Source: an uncultured virus (IMG/VR IMGVR_UViG_3300025630_000012)
Taxonomy: Duplodnaviria; Heunggongvirae; Uroviricota; Caudoviricetes
IMG/VR virus record: IMGVR_UViG_3300025630_000012
DNA length: 64,000 bases
Reading direction: 5' to 3' (one strand)
Shown here: in pieces, positions 47,170 through 57,899 of the stretch
Layout of the letters: each line of letters opens with the position of its first letter
Numbering within the stretch: the stretch's first letter is position 1
Made by a program: the position numbers and the translations under genes
Notes under the pieces: generated by a model
Told to the model about the DNA's origin: nothing
Database searches by the model: none
What the model saw: the letters and a program-made list of their open reading frames with translations, nothing else

Positions 47170-50100
47170 ATGGACAAGAACACAAGAAAATTACTTTTAA
47201 TTGGTGGCGCAGTCGCAGTAGCGGGTGCATCGGTCTATTTGATAAATAAGAGACGTAAAGACCTCGAAAAATCTGCCACCCCCGAACCAATTGAACCCTC
47301 TGATATGCCTATTGGCCCTACCGAACCCACGTCAGTCCTCGGATGTACTGACCCAAGCGCATTGAACTACAACCCGAATGCTACGGCAGAAGATGGTTCA
47401 TGTGTATTTGCATCAGCACCCACAACCGAAATTATTTATGGGTGTACCGACCCCGACGCATCGAATTACAATGCGTCCGCAACAAATTCGAACAATTCTT
47501 GCCAATATGCTTCGGGATGCACAAACCCGAATGCGTCGAACTATGACGATACGGCATTTTTGGACGATGGTTCTTGTGTATTTCCTGACCAACAGATTCC
47601 TACTTCCGATGTGGTTTACGGATGTACGGACTCGCTTGCGCTGAACTATGACCCAAGCGCAACAAATAGCAATAATTCTTGCGTATATCAAGAGGGATGT
47701 AAGCAATCAAGCGCATACAACTTTGACGAAAGTGCAATGGTCGATGATGGCTCTTGCATCTTCTCCACCACCCAATTTGCTAATGCAAATGAAGTGATTG
47801 AAGCGATTTCGGAGGTGTGTCCGCAGTATTGGTCTACGAGTATTCTTACACAAGTAAACGCGCAGTCATATCCCATGACAACGGCAGACGTAAACCAATT
47901 TCTTAATGCCGAGTGTTTCACGGATGTAGGGGGTTCTATCATGCCCCAAAGTGAGACGTACATCGCGGGGTGTATGGACTCCGCCTCTGCGAATTACAAT
48001 CCTGATGCCGACTATGATGACGGCTCATGCGTTTACGTCGGAGGGTGCTTGAATCCCCAAGCACAAAACTATGACCCTTCCGCTCAATACGACGATGGAA
48101 CGTGTGATTTTGGAAGTGGGCCTGAATACAACATCGAAAGCGAGCAATACGTGCTCGGTTGTCGTGATGAAGCCGCGAGTAACTTCAACCCAACTGCCGA
48201 CTATGATGACGGAAATCAATGTGTTTACATTGGTGGGTGCATGAACTCTATTGCCGATAACTACAATCCTTCGGCAGTATATGATGATGGCTCTTGTTTG
48301 TTCGAAAACTCTTTGTCTTCCCTTCCAAGTAGTACAACCTACAAACTTGGTTGTATGGACGAGGTGGCGTCTAACTATGACCCCACCGCCACGATGGATA
48401 ACGGAAGTCAATGTCTTTACATAGGCGGATGCCTTGCGTCAAACGCGGACAACTACAATCCTTCGGCACAATATGACGATGGCTCGTGTGTATTTGATGG
48501 CGTAGCCTCGGTAATGCCCCAAAGCGAAACTTATGTGATTGGTTGTATGGATGAAACTGCATCCAACTACAACCCGTCCGCCACGATGGACAACGGAAGT
48601 CAATGTGTCTATATCGGGGGGTGTCTTGCCCAAAACGCGGACAACTTCAATCCTTCGGCACAATATGACGATGGCTCGTGTGTGTTTGATGGTGTAGCTT
48701 CGGTGATGCCATCAAGCGAAACGTATGCGTTAGGATGTACGCACGTCCAAGCCACAAACTATGACCCCTCGGCTAACTACGACGATGGGTCGTGTATATT
48801 TAAGTTTGGGTGTACCGCCTCGCTTGCCGACAACTACGACCCAACCGCAGTTGTCGATAATGGCTCATGTATGTTTGAGGGAGTTCAGAGCGTTATGCCT
48901 GAATCAGAGGCTTATTACATAGCAGGTTGCACCAATATCAATGCAACGAACTATGACCCCATCGCCAACTTTGACGATGGCTCATGCTTGTTCAAGTATG
49001 GTTGTACCAATCCTCTCGCGGATAACTACGATAACGAAAGCGCAGTAGACGACGGCTCTTGCACCTTCGAGGGCAATCAAAGCGTGATGCCGACAGGCGT
49101 AACGTATTCGTTGGGATGTATGGATGCTGACGCATCTAATTACAACCCGAATGCCACAATGGACGACGGAAACCAATGTCTCTACATTGGAGGTTGCATG
49201 AATACAGGGGCGGACAACTTTAACCCCGAAGCGCAATACGACGATGGCACGTGTATGTTCGATGGGGTGATGTCCGTTATGCCCGAAAGCGAGCAATACG
49301 TTCTCGGATGTATGGATGAATCCGCGAGCAACTACAATCCGAACGCCACGATGGACAACGGGTTGCAATGCGTCTACCTCGGAGGGTGTATGTCTCCCAA
49401 TGCAGACAATTTTGACCCAACCGCACAATACGATAATGGCTCGTGTATTTTTGATGGAATTTCTCAATCAATTCCTGAAAGCGAGCAGTACAATTCAGGA
49501 TGTACCAATGTGTACGCCACGAACTATGACCCTTCCGCAGATTTCGACGATGGGTCGTGCGTGTTCAAGTATGGATGTACCAATCCGCTTGCGGACAATT
49601 ACGTGAATGATGCGGTCGTTGATGACGGCTCATGTTTGTTCGAAGGAAATCAGAGCGTTATGCCCGACAGCGAATTTGATTATATCGCAGGGTGTACGAA
49701 TCCAAATGCCACGAACTACAACCCCTCCGCTGATTTTGACGATGGGTCGTGCCTGTTCAAGTATGGATGTACCAACCCGCTTGCAGATAACTTTGACTCT
49801 ACCAATACGATAGACGACGGCTCTTGTACGTTTGAAGGCAATCAAAGCGTGATGCCTGATTCCGATGCGTTCTATATTGCGGGTTGCACGAACAATAGCG
49901 CAACGAACTACAACCCCGAAGCCAACTACGATGATGGGTCATGCTTGTTCAAGTATGGGTGTACGAATCCAAGTGCTGACAACTACGATAGCACAAGCGC
50001 GGTAGACGATGGTTCTTGCACCTTCGAGGGCAACCAAAGTGTCATGCCGACTTCGGAATATGGCACTTACACGTCGGGATGTACGAATTATGATGCCACC

Positions 50101-53100
50101 AACTACAACCCAAGCGCGGTATTTGATGACGGAAGTTGTGAGTATATCTATGGGTGTACCAATATCAACGCTGACAACTACGATGCTACCGCAGTAATTG
50201 ATGATGGTGGATGTACCTTCTTCGGTGTTCAGAGTGTGATGCCTGAAAGCGAAACATACGTTCTCGGATGTATGGATTCTGCGAGCGACAATTACAACCC
50301 CAACGCTACAATAGATACGGGATGTGAATACAACGGAGGTTGTATGAATGTCAACGCTGACAACTACAATCCTGACGCTCAATACGACAATGGCACTTGT
50401 ATGTTTGACGGCATCATGTCCGTTATGCCTGATAGCGTTCAGTACGTCCTCGGATGTATGGACGAGGCCGCGAGTAACTACAATGCCCAAGCTACTTCTG
50501 ACGACGGAAACCAATGTGTTTACATAGGCGGTTGTATGAACTCCCTTGCGGACAACTTCAACCCCGATGCACAATACGACAACGGGTCATGTTCTTTTGA
50601 AGGACAACAAAGTAGCCTCCCATCGTCTGAAACGCAATACTATGCGGGTTGCACGAATAATAGCGCAACGAATTATGACCCGAACGCTGATTACGATGAC
50701 GGCTCATGCTTGTTCAAGTATGGATGTACGAATCCAAGTGCCGACAACTACGATAGCGATAGCGTAGTAGACGATGGTTCTTGCACGTTTGCGGGCAACC
50801 AAAGTGTCATGCCCACTACGGAATATGGCACTTATACTTCGGGATGCACAAACCCTAATGCTTGGAACTACCAACCTTCGGCTCAATTCGATGACGGAAG
50901 TTGCGAGTATGTTTATGGGTGTACAAATATCAACGCAGACAACTACGAGGCTTCTGCGGTAATAGATGATGGTTCTTGTACGTTTATGGGTGTTCAAAGT
51001 GTGATGCCTGAAAGTGAAACATACGTTCTCGGATGTATGGATGCTTCAAGCGACAATTACAACCCCAACGCTACAATAGATACGGGATGTCAATACAATG
51101 GCGGTTGCTTAAACCCCAACGCTGACAACTTTAATCCCGATGCCGACTACGACGACGGCTCATGCCTTTTCAATGGAATTGCTTCGGTGATGCCCGAAAG
51201 CCAAACGTATGTCTTTGGATGTACTGACCCTTCGGCAACCAACTTCAACGCAAATGCCACCGACGATAACGGCTCTTGCGTTTATCAGGGTGGATGCACC
51301 AATATGCTTGCTGACAACTACAACGGGTCAGCAGTTTATGATGATGGCACGTGCATTTTCGGAAGTATGCAGTTTGCCACGGCTATGGAAGCGTACAACG
51401 CAACTCAAGTTGCTTGTCCAAGTGCAGGAATAAGTGTGGCGGATTTACTTTCGCTTTCTTATCCAATAACGAGCACACAATTAAATAATGCTCTTGGAGT
51501 AGCTTGTTTTGATTCAGGTTCAGGACAAGTCGTTCCACAAAGTGAAACATACACGACAGGTTGCCTTGACCCTGCCGCGACGAATTACGATGCGAGCGCG
51601 GACTACGACGACGGAAATCAATGCTTGTATAGAGGTGGGTGCATGAGTCCAAATGCCTTTAATTTTGATTCAGAGGCATTGTACGATGACGGAACGTGCG
51701 ACTTTGGAAATGGCCCAACTTACGCTCTTGAAAGTGCCGAGTATGTCCTCGGATGTATGGACGAGGCCGCGATTAACTACAACCCAACTGCGGACTACGA
51801 CGATGGTCAACAATGTCAGTACGCAGGCGGATGTATGAATGTGCTTGCAGACAACTATGATGCAACGGCACAATATGACAACGGCTCGTGCAATTTTGCA
51901 GGTAATCAGGCAAGCCTTCCAAGTAGCGAACAATACGTCCTCGGATGTATGGACGAGGCCGCGATTAACTACAATGCAAGCGCGGACTACGACGATGGCA
52001 ACCAATGTCAATATGCAGGTGGTTGTACGAATCCATCGGCTATCAACTATGACCCGTCCGCTCAATACGACAATGGGTCGTGTGACTTCGGAGATGGCCC
52101 ATCATACGCCCTTGAAAGCGCACAATACGTCCTCGGATGTATGGATACCTTGGCACTTAACTACAACCCAACTGCGGACTACGACGATGGCAACCAATGT
52201 CAGTACGCAGGTGGATGTACCAAGCCTTCGGCTATCAACTATGACCCGAATGCCCAATACGATAACGGGTCGTGTGACTTCTCTATTCCTGTTTACCAAC
52301 TTGAAAGCGAAGAATACATTGCGGGATGTACCGACGATAGAGCAGACAACTACAACCCTAATGCAGTAATCGACGATGGTTCTTGCACCTTTGCTTCGGT
52401 AATTGGATGCACGAACCCCCAAGCCAATAACTACAATCCAAATGCGATTGCAGATGACGGGTCTTGTCAATTTGGTGAAGCTATCTATCAGCTTGAAAGC
52501 GAACAATACATTTCAGGATGTACTGACGATAGAGCAGACAACTTCAATCCAAACGCCACAATCGACGATGGTTCTTGCACCTTTGCTTCGGTAATTGGAT
52601 GCACGAACCCCCAAGCCAATAACTACAATCCAAATGCGATTGCAGATGATGGGTCTTGTCAATTTGGTGAAGCTATTTATGAAATTCAGGGTGTTAATCC
52701 TGATACCGCCTATGTTGTTGGATGTACGGATGACCGCGCAGACAACTACAATCCAAGTGCGGTAATCGACGATGGCTCTTGCGTATTTGAACAGGTAATT
52801 GGATGTACGAACCCCGAAGCGAGCAACTACAACTCACAAGCGATTGCTGACGATGGCTCGTGCTTGTTCGATGAGGTTATCTACAACATCGAAGGAGTCA
52901 ATCCCGACACCGCATATATCGCAGGATGTATGAACCCCGAAGCCGATAATTACAATTCATCGGCTACAATGGACGACGGCTCTTGCACTTTCGATAGCCA
53001 ATTTGGATGTACGATTCAAGGGGCGCAGAACTACGACCCATCGGCACAAGCCGATGATGGCTCATGCGTATTTGTTCCTACGGCTTTTGAGCCTGAAAAC

Positions 53101-53238
53101 ATTACCTATGGTTGTACATACGCACAGGCTACCAACTATAACCCACAAGCGGAAGTAGACGATGGCTCATGTACGTTCACGGCTGACTCTTGCTCTATGG
53201 ACGGGGGCGGAACTCCTACGAATCCAATAGGGATGTAA
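47170..53238 (+). CDS. giant N-anchored Cys-rich repeat protein (about 2020 aa)
   Basis: About 58 copies (hand count) of GCxxxxAxNYxxxAxxDDGSC. Confidence 0.9.
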   Translation: MDKNTRKLLLIGGAVAVAGASVYLINKRRKDLEKSATPEPIEPSDMPIGPTEPTSVLGCTDPSALNYNPNATAEDGSCVFASAPTTEIIYGCTDPDASNYNASATNSNNSCQYASGCTNPNASNYDDTAFLDDGSCVFPDQQIPTSDVVYGCTDSLALNYDPSATNSNNSCVYQEGCKQSSAYNFDESAMVDDGSCIFSTTQFANANEVIEAISEVCPQYWSTSILTQVNAQSYPMTTADVNQFLNAECFTDVGGSIMPQSETYIAGCMDSASANYNPDADYDDGSCVYVGGCLNPQAQNYDPSAQYDDGTCDFGSGPEYNIESEQYVLGCRDEAASNFNPTADYDDGNQCVYIGGCMNSIADNYNPSAVYDDGSCLFENSLSSLPSSTTYKLGCMDEVASNYDPTATMDNGSQCLYIGGCLASNADNYNPSAQYDDGSCVFDGVASVMPQSETYVIGCMDETASNYNPSATMDNGSQCVYIGGCLAQNADNFNPSAQYDDGSCVFDGVASVMPSSETYALGCTHVQATNYDPSANYDDGSCIFKFGCTASLADNYDPTAVVDNGSCMFEGVQSVMPESEAYYIAGCTNINATNYDPIANFDDGSCLFKYGCTNPLADNYDNESAVDDGSCTFEGNQSVMPTGVTYSLGCMDADASNYNPNATMDDGNQCLYIGGCMNTGADNFNPEAQYDDGTCMFDGVMSVMPESEQYVLGCMDESASNYNPNATMDNGLQCVYLGGCMSPNADNFDPTAQYDNGSCIFDGISQSIPESEQYNSGCTNVYATNYDPSADFDDGSCVFKYGCTNPLADNYVNDAVVDDGSCLFEGNQSVMPDSEFDYIAGCTNPNATNYNPSADFDDGSCLFKYGCTNPLADNFDSTNTIDDGSCTFEGNQSVMPDSDAFYIAGCTNNSATNYNPEANYDDGSCLFKYGCTNPSADNYDSTSAVDDGSCTFEGNQSVMPTSEYGTYTSGCTNYDATNYNPSAVFDDGSCEYIYGCTNINADNYDATAVIDDGGCTFFGVQSVMPESETYVLGCMDSASDNYNPNATIDTGCEYNGGCMNVNADNYNPDAQYDNGTCMFDGIMSVMPDSVQYVLGCMDEAASNYNAQATSDDGNQCVYIGGCMNSLADNFNPDAQYDNGSCSFEGQQSSLPSSETQYYAGCTNNSATNYDPNADYDDGSCLFKYGCTNPSADNYDSDSVVDDGSCTFAGNQSVMPTTEYGTYTSGCTNPNAWNYQPSAQFDDGSCEYVYGCTNINADNYEASAVIDDGSCTFMGVQSVMPESETYVLGCMDASSDNYNPNATIDTGCQYNGGCLNPNADNFNPDADYDDGSCLFNGIASVMPESQTYVFGCTDPSATNFNANATDDNGSCVYQGGCTNMLADNYNGSAVYDDGTCIFGSMQFATAMEAYNATQVACPSAGISVADLLSLSYPITSTQLNNALGVACFDSGSGQVVPQSETYTTGCLDPAATNYDASADYDDGNQCLYRGGCMSPNAFNFDSEALYDDGTCDFGNGPTYALESAEYVLGCMDEAAINYNPTADYDDGQQCQYAGGCMNVLADNYDATAQYDNGSCNFAGNQASLPSSEQYVLGCMDEAAINYNASADYDDGNQCQYAGGCTNPSAINYDPSAQYDNGSCDFGDGPSYALESAQYVLGCMDTLALNYNPTADYDDGNQCQYAGGCTKPSAINYDPNAQYDNGSCDFSIPVYQLESEEYIAGCTDDRADNYNPNAVIDDGSCTFASVIGCTNPQANNYNPNAIADDGSCQFGEAIYQLESEQYISGCTDDRADNFNPNATIDDGSCTFASVIGCTNPQANNYNPNAIADDGSCQFGEAIYEIQGVNPDTAYVVGCTDDRADNYNPSAVIDDGSCVFEQVIGCTNPEASNYNSQAIADDGSCLFDEVIYNIEGVNPDTAYIAGCMNPEADNYNSSATMDDGSCTFDSQFGCTIQGAQNYDPSAQADDGSCVFVPTAFEPENITYGCTYAQATNYNPQAEVDDGSCTFTADSCSMDGGGTPTNPIGM

Positions 53239-53250
53239 TTCTGCTTAAAA

Positions 53251-53781
53251 ATGAATCCTAATTTAGCATCACCATACATTACCGAATCGCCCAAGCGCAC
53301 GGGATTGCTGATTTTTGCAGTCAGCACCCTTGTGATTGGCGCGGGTATGGTCGTATTGTATTTGGTTAGAAATTCGAGAAGAGACGCAGGATACCCCGAA
53401 GCAGATGAATCGCAGTTCAAGGTTATTTCACGAACGATGTTCATTCCAAATCCTGACGCACCGAAAAGAACTGAACCTCTTACAGGCGAAATAGCAGGAT
53501 TACTTGGTGGGTTATTTGATGGAAGTGTCAACGCTTCGAATCAAGGTGACTACTCGGAGGCACTTCAAAACACAGGGAGAATAAGTGCGAATGTTGGTTG
53601 CAACCAAAAGTTCAACAAGCAACAAGACGTGGATGAGTTTAACCCTTCGGTCAATATCAATAAGTGCGGAAAGGGTGTGTGGGAGTTTCAAGATTACTTG
53701 GGTATGACTCCAAATGGCAGATATGACACGCAGACGCTCATAAAGCACAAGGCGTGGCTTTCAAGTGTAAATCAAGGATAA
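53251..53781 (+). CDS. N-anchored protein with a C-terminal peptidoglycan-binding-like motif
   Basis: VWEFQDYLGMTPNGRYDTQT. Confidence 0.6.
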   Translation: MNPNLASPYITESPKRTGLLIFAVSTLVIGAGMVVLYLVRNSRRDAGYPEADESQFKVISRTMFIPNPDAPKRTEPLTGEIAGLLGGLFDGSVNASNQGDYSEALQNTGRISANVGCNQKFNKQQDVDEFNPSVNINKCGKGVWEFQDYLGMTPNGRYDTQTLIKHKAWLSSVNQG

Positions 53782-53782
53782 G

Positions 53783-54247
53783 ATGAGTTTCGCAGACGAC
53801 CAATACGACGTTATGGTTGGGGGGTCTAATGACTTTCCTCAACGTGTTTTGAATGAATCATACGTTCAGCAAGCCCCACTTGCGTTCGCACCGACATCGG
53901 GGCCAAAAAAATCATACAAAAAAGTGTCAGGAAATTCAGAAGAAACGCCTTCAACAAGTGTCGTAAAAGAAATTCAGGAAGAACAACAAAACCTTTCTGA
54001 CCGCCTTGATAAACTTGAAAACGAAGCACCACAAAAGACACGTAGTGCGAAAGAGTTTTGGAAGAAGCACCATAAAAAAATCAAAACGGGTCTTTTGGTA
54101 GGTGTTGCGCTCTATGCGGGCTACCGACTTTTTTTGAAGGATAAGTTCAGCTTCAAGTTTGGCGGAGGAGGTCACACACCAATGGATAGTACCCCACCGC
54201 CTATGTCGATGGAGTCGGGTGGTGAAATCACATCGGGAGATATTTAA
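53783..54247 (+). CDS. membrane protein
   Basis: YKKVSG; TM; FGGGG and MESGG. Confidence 0.72.
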   Translation: MSFADDQYDVMVGGSNDFPQRVLNESYVQQAPLAFAPTSGPKKSYKKVSGNSEETPSTSVVKEIQEEQQNLSDRLDKLENEAPQKTRSAKEFWKKHHKKIKTGLLVGVALYAGYRLFLKDKFSFKFGGGGHTPMDSTPPPMSMESGGEITSGDI

Positions 54248-54249
54248 TC

Positions 54250-54666
54250 ATGACAAGAACCCAAAGAGAGCGTCAGGCAGAAGCCATCATTGAGTCACAA
54301 TTCCCTTTGCCTTCAAACATTGATTGCAAGGGTCTTGTCGATACCAATGCGCTTATGAATGCCGAAAAAACTCTTTTATCCAATGAGGTTCTTGTAAAGA
54401 GGGGTTCGGAGAGAAAGATGGCAGAAGCTAAATTGTCCGCGCTCTCCGCTCAACGAAAGGTTCTCGACGAGATATACATTTTCAAGCGTTGTAGAGAATT
54501 AGAGCAAATAGACATCGAAAAGAAGCAACTCGATGCCATTTCTGCAATAAGGGACGACGATAAATCTTTGGATACGCGCACCTTTGACGACAGGACTTTA
54601 TTTGTGGTGTTTGGTGTGACTGCCGTGGCTCTTGCTATGGCTTACTTTTTAAGAAAGCGTGGATAA
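54250..54666 (+). CDS. C-anchored membrane protein
   Basis: TM + RKRG. Confidence 0.75.
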   Translation: MTRTQRERQAEAIIESQFPLPSNIDCKGLVDTNALMNAEKTLLSNEVLVKRGSERKMAEAKLSALSAQRKVLDEIYIFKRCRELEQIDIEKKQLDAISAIRDDDKSLDTRTFDDRTLFVVFGVTAVALAMAYFLRKRG

Positions 54667-55243
54667 TTCAGTCAAGATATTGGCTGATTTTATCGTTAAG
54701 GACAAGCAGAAAGTTATTCGATTCCTTAATGAAGGTGGCTACGCCTCTCTGCCTCGTTATGCTACGACTATGGAGGTCAACTATGCCGTTTCAGAGCATA
54801 TTTTTGACCAACAATTCCTTGAAGGTATTTCCGAACTTATTTTCAGAAACTACCGCAACCAATCAGGCCCGCCACCGCCTTTGGCAGATGTAGGCGGAGC
54901 AGTTGCTTCGGGAGGAGAAGTAGCGGAGGGCGCAAACCCTTGGACATACGTTATCAAAATTGCCGAAGTCGGTGCTAAACTCTTTGTTCAAGCAAAGCAA
55001 GCCGAGAATCAAAGGGCAGTTTTGACGGCACAAAGTGAACTTTCGGAGCGTCAATTGGAGTATCAAACTGAATTAGCGCGTCAAAAAGCGAAGCAACAAT
55101 TCGCTTTTAACCTCCTACAAGCACAAAAAGATTCGCCCGAAAAAACAACGGAAAAAAACCTTATTTTACTCTTTGGCGTCATCGCATTTTTAGGAATCGC
55201 ATACTATGCAACCAAACAAAGTTCTTCAAGACAAGTTAGCTGA
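54659..55243 (+). CDS. C-anchored coiled-coil membrane protein (architecture as 36052)
   Basis: YRNQSG, coiled coil, TM. Confidence 0.75.
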   Translation: MDNSVKILADFIVKDKQKVIRFLNEGGYASLPRYATTMEVNYAVSEHIFDQQFLEGISELIFRNYRNQSGPPPPLADVGGAVASGGEVAEGANPWTYVIKIAEVGAKLFVQAKQAENQRAVLTAQSELSERQLEYQTELARQKAKQQFAFNLLQAQKDSPEKTTEKNLILLFGVIAFLGIAYYATKQSSSRQVS

Positions 55244-55760
55244 ACTCGTAGCACTACGCATTGTTCATCAGCGCGAAGAACTCGTGCATTTTTTGCGTAC
55301 CCGAACAAATAGGTTAGTGCCCCAAGACATTGACAATGCAGGAATCGCTCATGTGTTGTCTGAAATGATTTACGACGAGAGAGACCAAGACCGCGCTATG
55401 AAAGTGATATTGGGTCAAACGGAGTACCTTAACATCGCGCCATTACTTCTTGTGGGTCTTATTCTTTCGGGCATAGGGGCTACTGCGGGTGTTGTCCAAG
55501 CCGTTCGGGTGAGCCAAGAGGAGCGCGAAAGTGCCATAAGTGGCTTGACACTTCAACAAATCGAATATGACAAGGCGATAGTTGAAAATCGCCAAAAAAT
55601 GTCACAAGAATTTTTGGCAAATGTTCTTGCTAATGAAAGGGACATACAAGTCAAGAAACAAGCTATCGTAGCGCAGGAAGGGCGACAAAAAATAATTTAT
55701 TTGCTTATTTTTATAGCAATTTTAACGACATCTTTCGCACTAATCTTGAATAAGAAGTAA
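55206..55760 (+). CDS. C-anchored coiled-coil protein with an internal hydrophobic peptide
   Basis: EYLN-IAPLLLVGLILSGIGA; TM + NKK. Confidence 0.75.
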   Translation: MQPNKVLQDKLAELVALRIVHQREELVHFLRTRTNRLVPQDIDNAGIAHVLSEMIYDERDQDRAMKVILGQTEYLNIAPLLLVGLILSGIGATAGVVQAVRVSQEERESAISGLTLQQIEYDKAIVENRQKMSQEFLANVLANERDIQVKKQAIVAQEGRQKIIYLLIFIAILTTSFALILNKK

Positions 55761-56725
55761 TGGGTTTCCCCTCAAATAGAACTTGTTGGAGTCAATGTCC
55801 AAATACTACTTCGATTTCAATTTTTTCAACGGGTTGTCCGACGGCATATCCGCTGAATAACAAGCCTAATTGTACGCCTTCCGTTTGTTGGTCTAACTGC
55901 CCTAACACAACTGCGGTAAGTACCTATGGCAATTGCCCAAGCGGGTATCCCAATACGATAAAGCCAACGTGCTTTGAGCCTATATCCGACTTGCTTGATT
56001 GGGAAAATGAGGCCGTTGATGCAGGGGGTTTTGATGACGGCAAGCCTGACAATACCCCAACGATACCATCTTCACCATCGGGTGGGGGTTCGTCTTCGAG
56101 TTCAGATACACCCATTGGAGCAGGAGGCTTTACTACGTCACGAATTTGTTGGTCAGGATGCCCTAATAGTGTTCCTGTAAGCATTTTAGGTAGTTCATGC
56201 CCCGCGACATATCCCTACACCGAGAAACCAAGTTGCGGAGCGTTTGGAAGTTCTGCACCCGACAATAGTGCAGAAATTGATGCGTTGCTTGGCACGATTG
56301 AGGAGCAACAGGCTTTGCTCGACCAACTTATGGTTTTGCAAAGTCAACCTTCCCAAGACAATAGCCAAGAAATCGCGGCTTTGATGGCTCTTATACAAGC
56401 GCAACAGGAGCAACTTTCGCTCGCGCAAAGTTCAAATCAAGGTTCGGCACAAGTGCAAGCACTTGAAAACCAATTGGCACTCTTGCAGGGTCAGTTATTG
56501 AGCGCACAAAGCCAACCACAACAACCCGCGTTGGATAGTGGTGCTTTGCAAGGATTGCAACAACAAATTGCGTTGATGCAACAACAATTTATGGCACAAC
56601 AACAGGCCATGTTTGAATCACAAAAAGCATCGCAAGCAGGAGTCGGTAGCGGTGTGCCTACATGGGCTATTATAGGTGGCGTAGCCGTAGTTGGTCTACT
56701 CACCTTTATTGCAACAAAAAAGTAA
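55760..56725 (+). CDS. C-anchored protein with 3 CWSxCPN repeats and a Gln-rich coiled coil
   Basis: CWSxCPN...CPxxYP...KPxC x3. Confidence 0.8.
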   Translation: MGFPSNRTCWSQCPNTTSISIFSTGCPTAYPLNNKPNCTPSVCWSNCPNTTAVSTYGNCPSGYPNTIKPTCFEPISDLLDWENEAVDAGGFDDGKPDNTPTIPSSPSGGGSSSSSDTPIGAGGFTTSRICWSGCPNSVPVSILGSSCPATYPYTEKPSCGAFGSSAPDNSAEIDALLGTIEEQQALLDQLMVLQSQPSQDNSQEIAALMALIQAQQEQLSLAQSSNQGSAQVQALENQLALLQGQLLSAQSQPQQPALDSGALQGLQQQIALMQQQFMAQQQAMFESQKASQAGVGSGVPTWAIIGGVAVVGLLTFIATKK

Positions 56726-56728
56726 ACT

Positions 56729-57880
56729 ATGTCACTCCCTTATCAATCCCAATTCTGCACATTTGACTCCTTGCCACAAATGGTAAGTGTCAACTCTTCG
56801 GGTACGGCTATTTCGAACGGAGACAAAAGACAAGACGTTCGTGATGGTATTCGCAAGTCAACTTGTTTCAAAGTAAGCGATGCCCCGCAGAATGTTCGTT
56901 CAAAGTGTAGCAACTTCTCTGCACTCAACGCGATTGACAATGGCGATTGTTGTCACCCCGTAGTCAAAAATGCACTTGAAAGCCTCAAAAGAATAGTTGA
57001 CCTCGGAGGCACAGGTAGTGGCATATCTTCATCGAATCTCAATGAGATGATGAATAGGTGTGTCAATAGTTGGAACACCTACGGCAATTTCAGCAACTCC
57101 GAAAAGGAGCGTGTAGGACGTTACTGCCGTCAGATGGCATCGCAATACTACAATGAATTAAGGGGAAAGTACACGACTTGTAAAGCCAACTTCAACCCTG
57201 CAAATTTCAACGAGACGAATACCAACGAGATTTGCGGTTGTATGGACGATGTTGCGGTCAACTACGACCCGTCAGCAACGAATAGCAACGGAATTTGTGG
57301 TATTTGTGAGTATGCTGATGACAGACCCGAAACCGCTTGGGGTACGGATAGTCAAGGCAATGAGGTTGTTTATGTAGGTAGCGGTAACGACGATAAGCCA
57401 CCAATGGGGGGCACTTCGCCCGTTGGCGGAGGTGGTTCAAATTCGTATGGGCCGATTTGTTGGTCGCCATGCCCTAATACAACGTCAGTTCAGTCAGCTA
57501 CAAGCTACTGCCCGCCTTCTTACCCCTATTATTCAAAGCCTACGTGCGATAGACCTTCGAGCAATCTTTCGTTGGATAGCATAACTGACCGAATAGCAGA
57601 ATTGACCGATATTCTCGCCAATAGACCTGCGCCAACTACGGCTACTTCTAATGCCGAAATTGAGGCGTTGCGTAGTGAGATGTCGATGTTGCAAAACCTT
57701 TATATGCAGGGTCAGCAGAGTATGCCTTATGGCGAAGAGCCTAAAACTTCGGGTATGGGCAACATCCCCGCTTGGGCTATCGTAGGCGCAGTAGCCGTCA
57801 TAGGCTTGGTTGTGGTGTTGAACAAGCGCAAAGGAGCAGGAGTATCCATGCCCGCCCCTTCCCCTATGCCCGTAGCTTAA
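56729..57880 (+). CDS. C-anchored Cys-rich protein (C-terminal half paralogous to 55760)
   Basis: GCMD repeat, CWSPCPN repeat, IPAWAIVGAVAVIGL TM. Confidence 0.8.
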   Translation: MSLPYQSQFCTFDSLPQMVSVNSSGTAISNGDKRQDVRDGIRKSTCFKVSDAPQNVRSKCSNFSALNAIDNGDCCHPVVKNALESLKRIVDLGGTGSGISSSNLNEMMNRCVNSWNTYGNFSNSEKERVGRYCRQMASQYYNELRGKYTTCKANFNPANFNETNTNEICGCMDDVAVNYDPSATNSNGICGICEYADDRPETAWGTDSQGNEVVYVGSGNDDKPPMGGTSPVGGGGSNSYGPICWSPCPNTTSVQSATSYCPPSYPYYSKPTCDRPSSNLSLDSITDRIAELTDILANRPAPTTATSNAEIEALRSEMSMLQNLYMQGQQSMPYGEEPKTSGMGNIPAWAIVGAVAVIGLVVVLNKRKGAGVSMPAPSPMPVA

Positions 57881-57899
57881 TGATGCCCAATGAAAGTTG

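Noticed and set aside
47170..53238. Possible CRISPR or DGR template/variable repeats
   Set aside because: Repeats are in-frame protein repeats with mostly synonymous divergence, not adenine-specific changes; no reverse transcriptase in the window.
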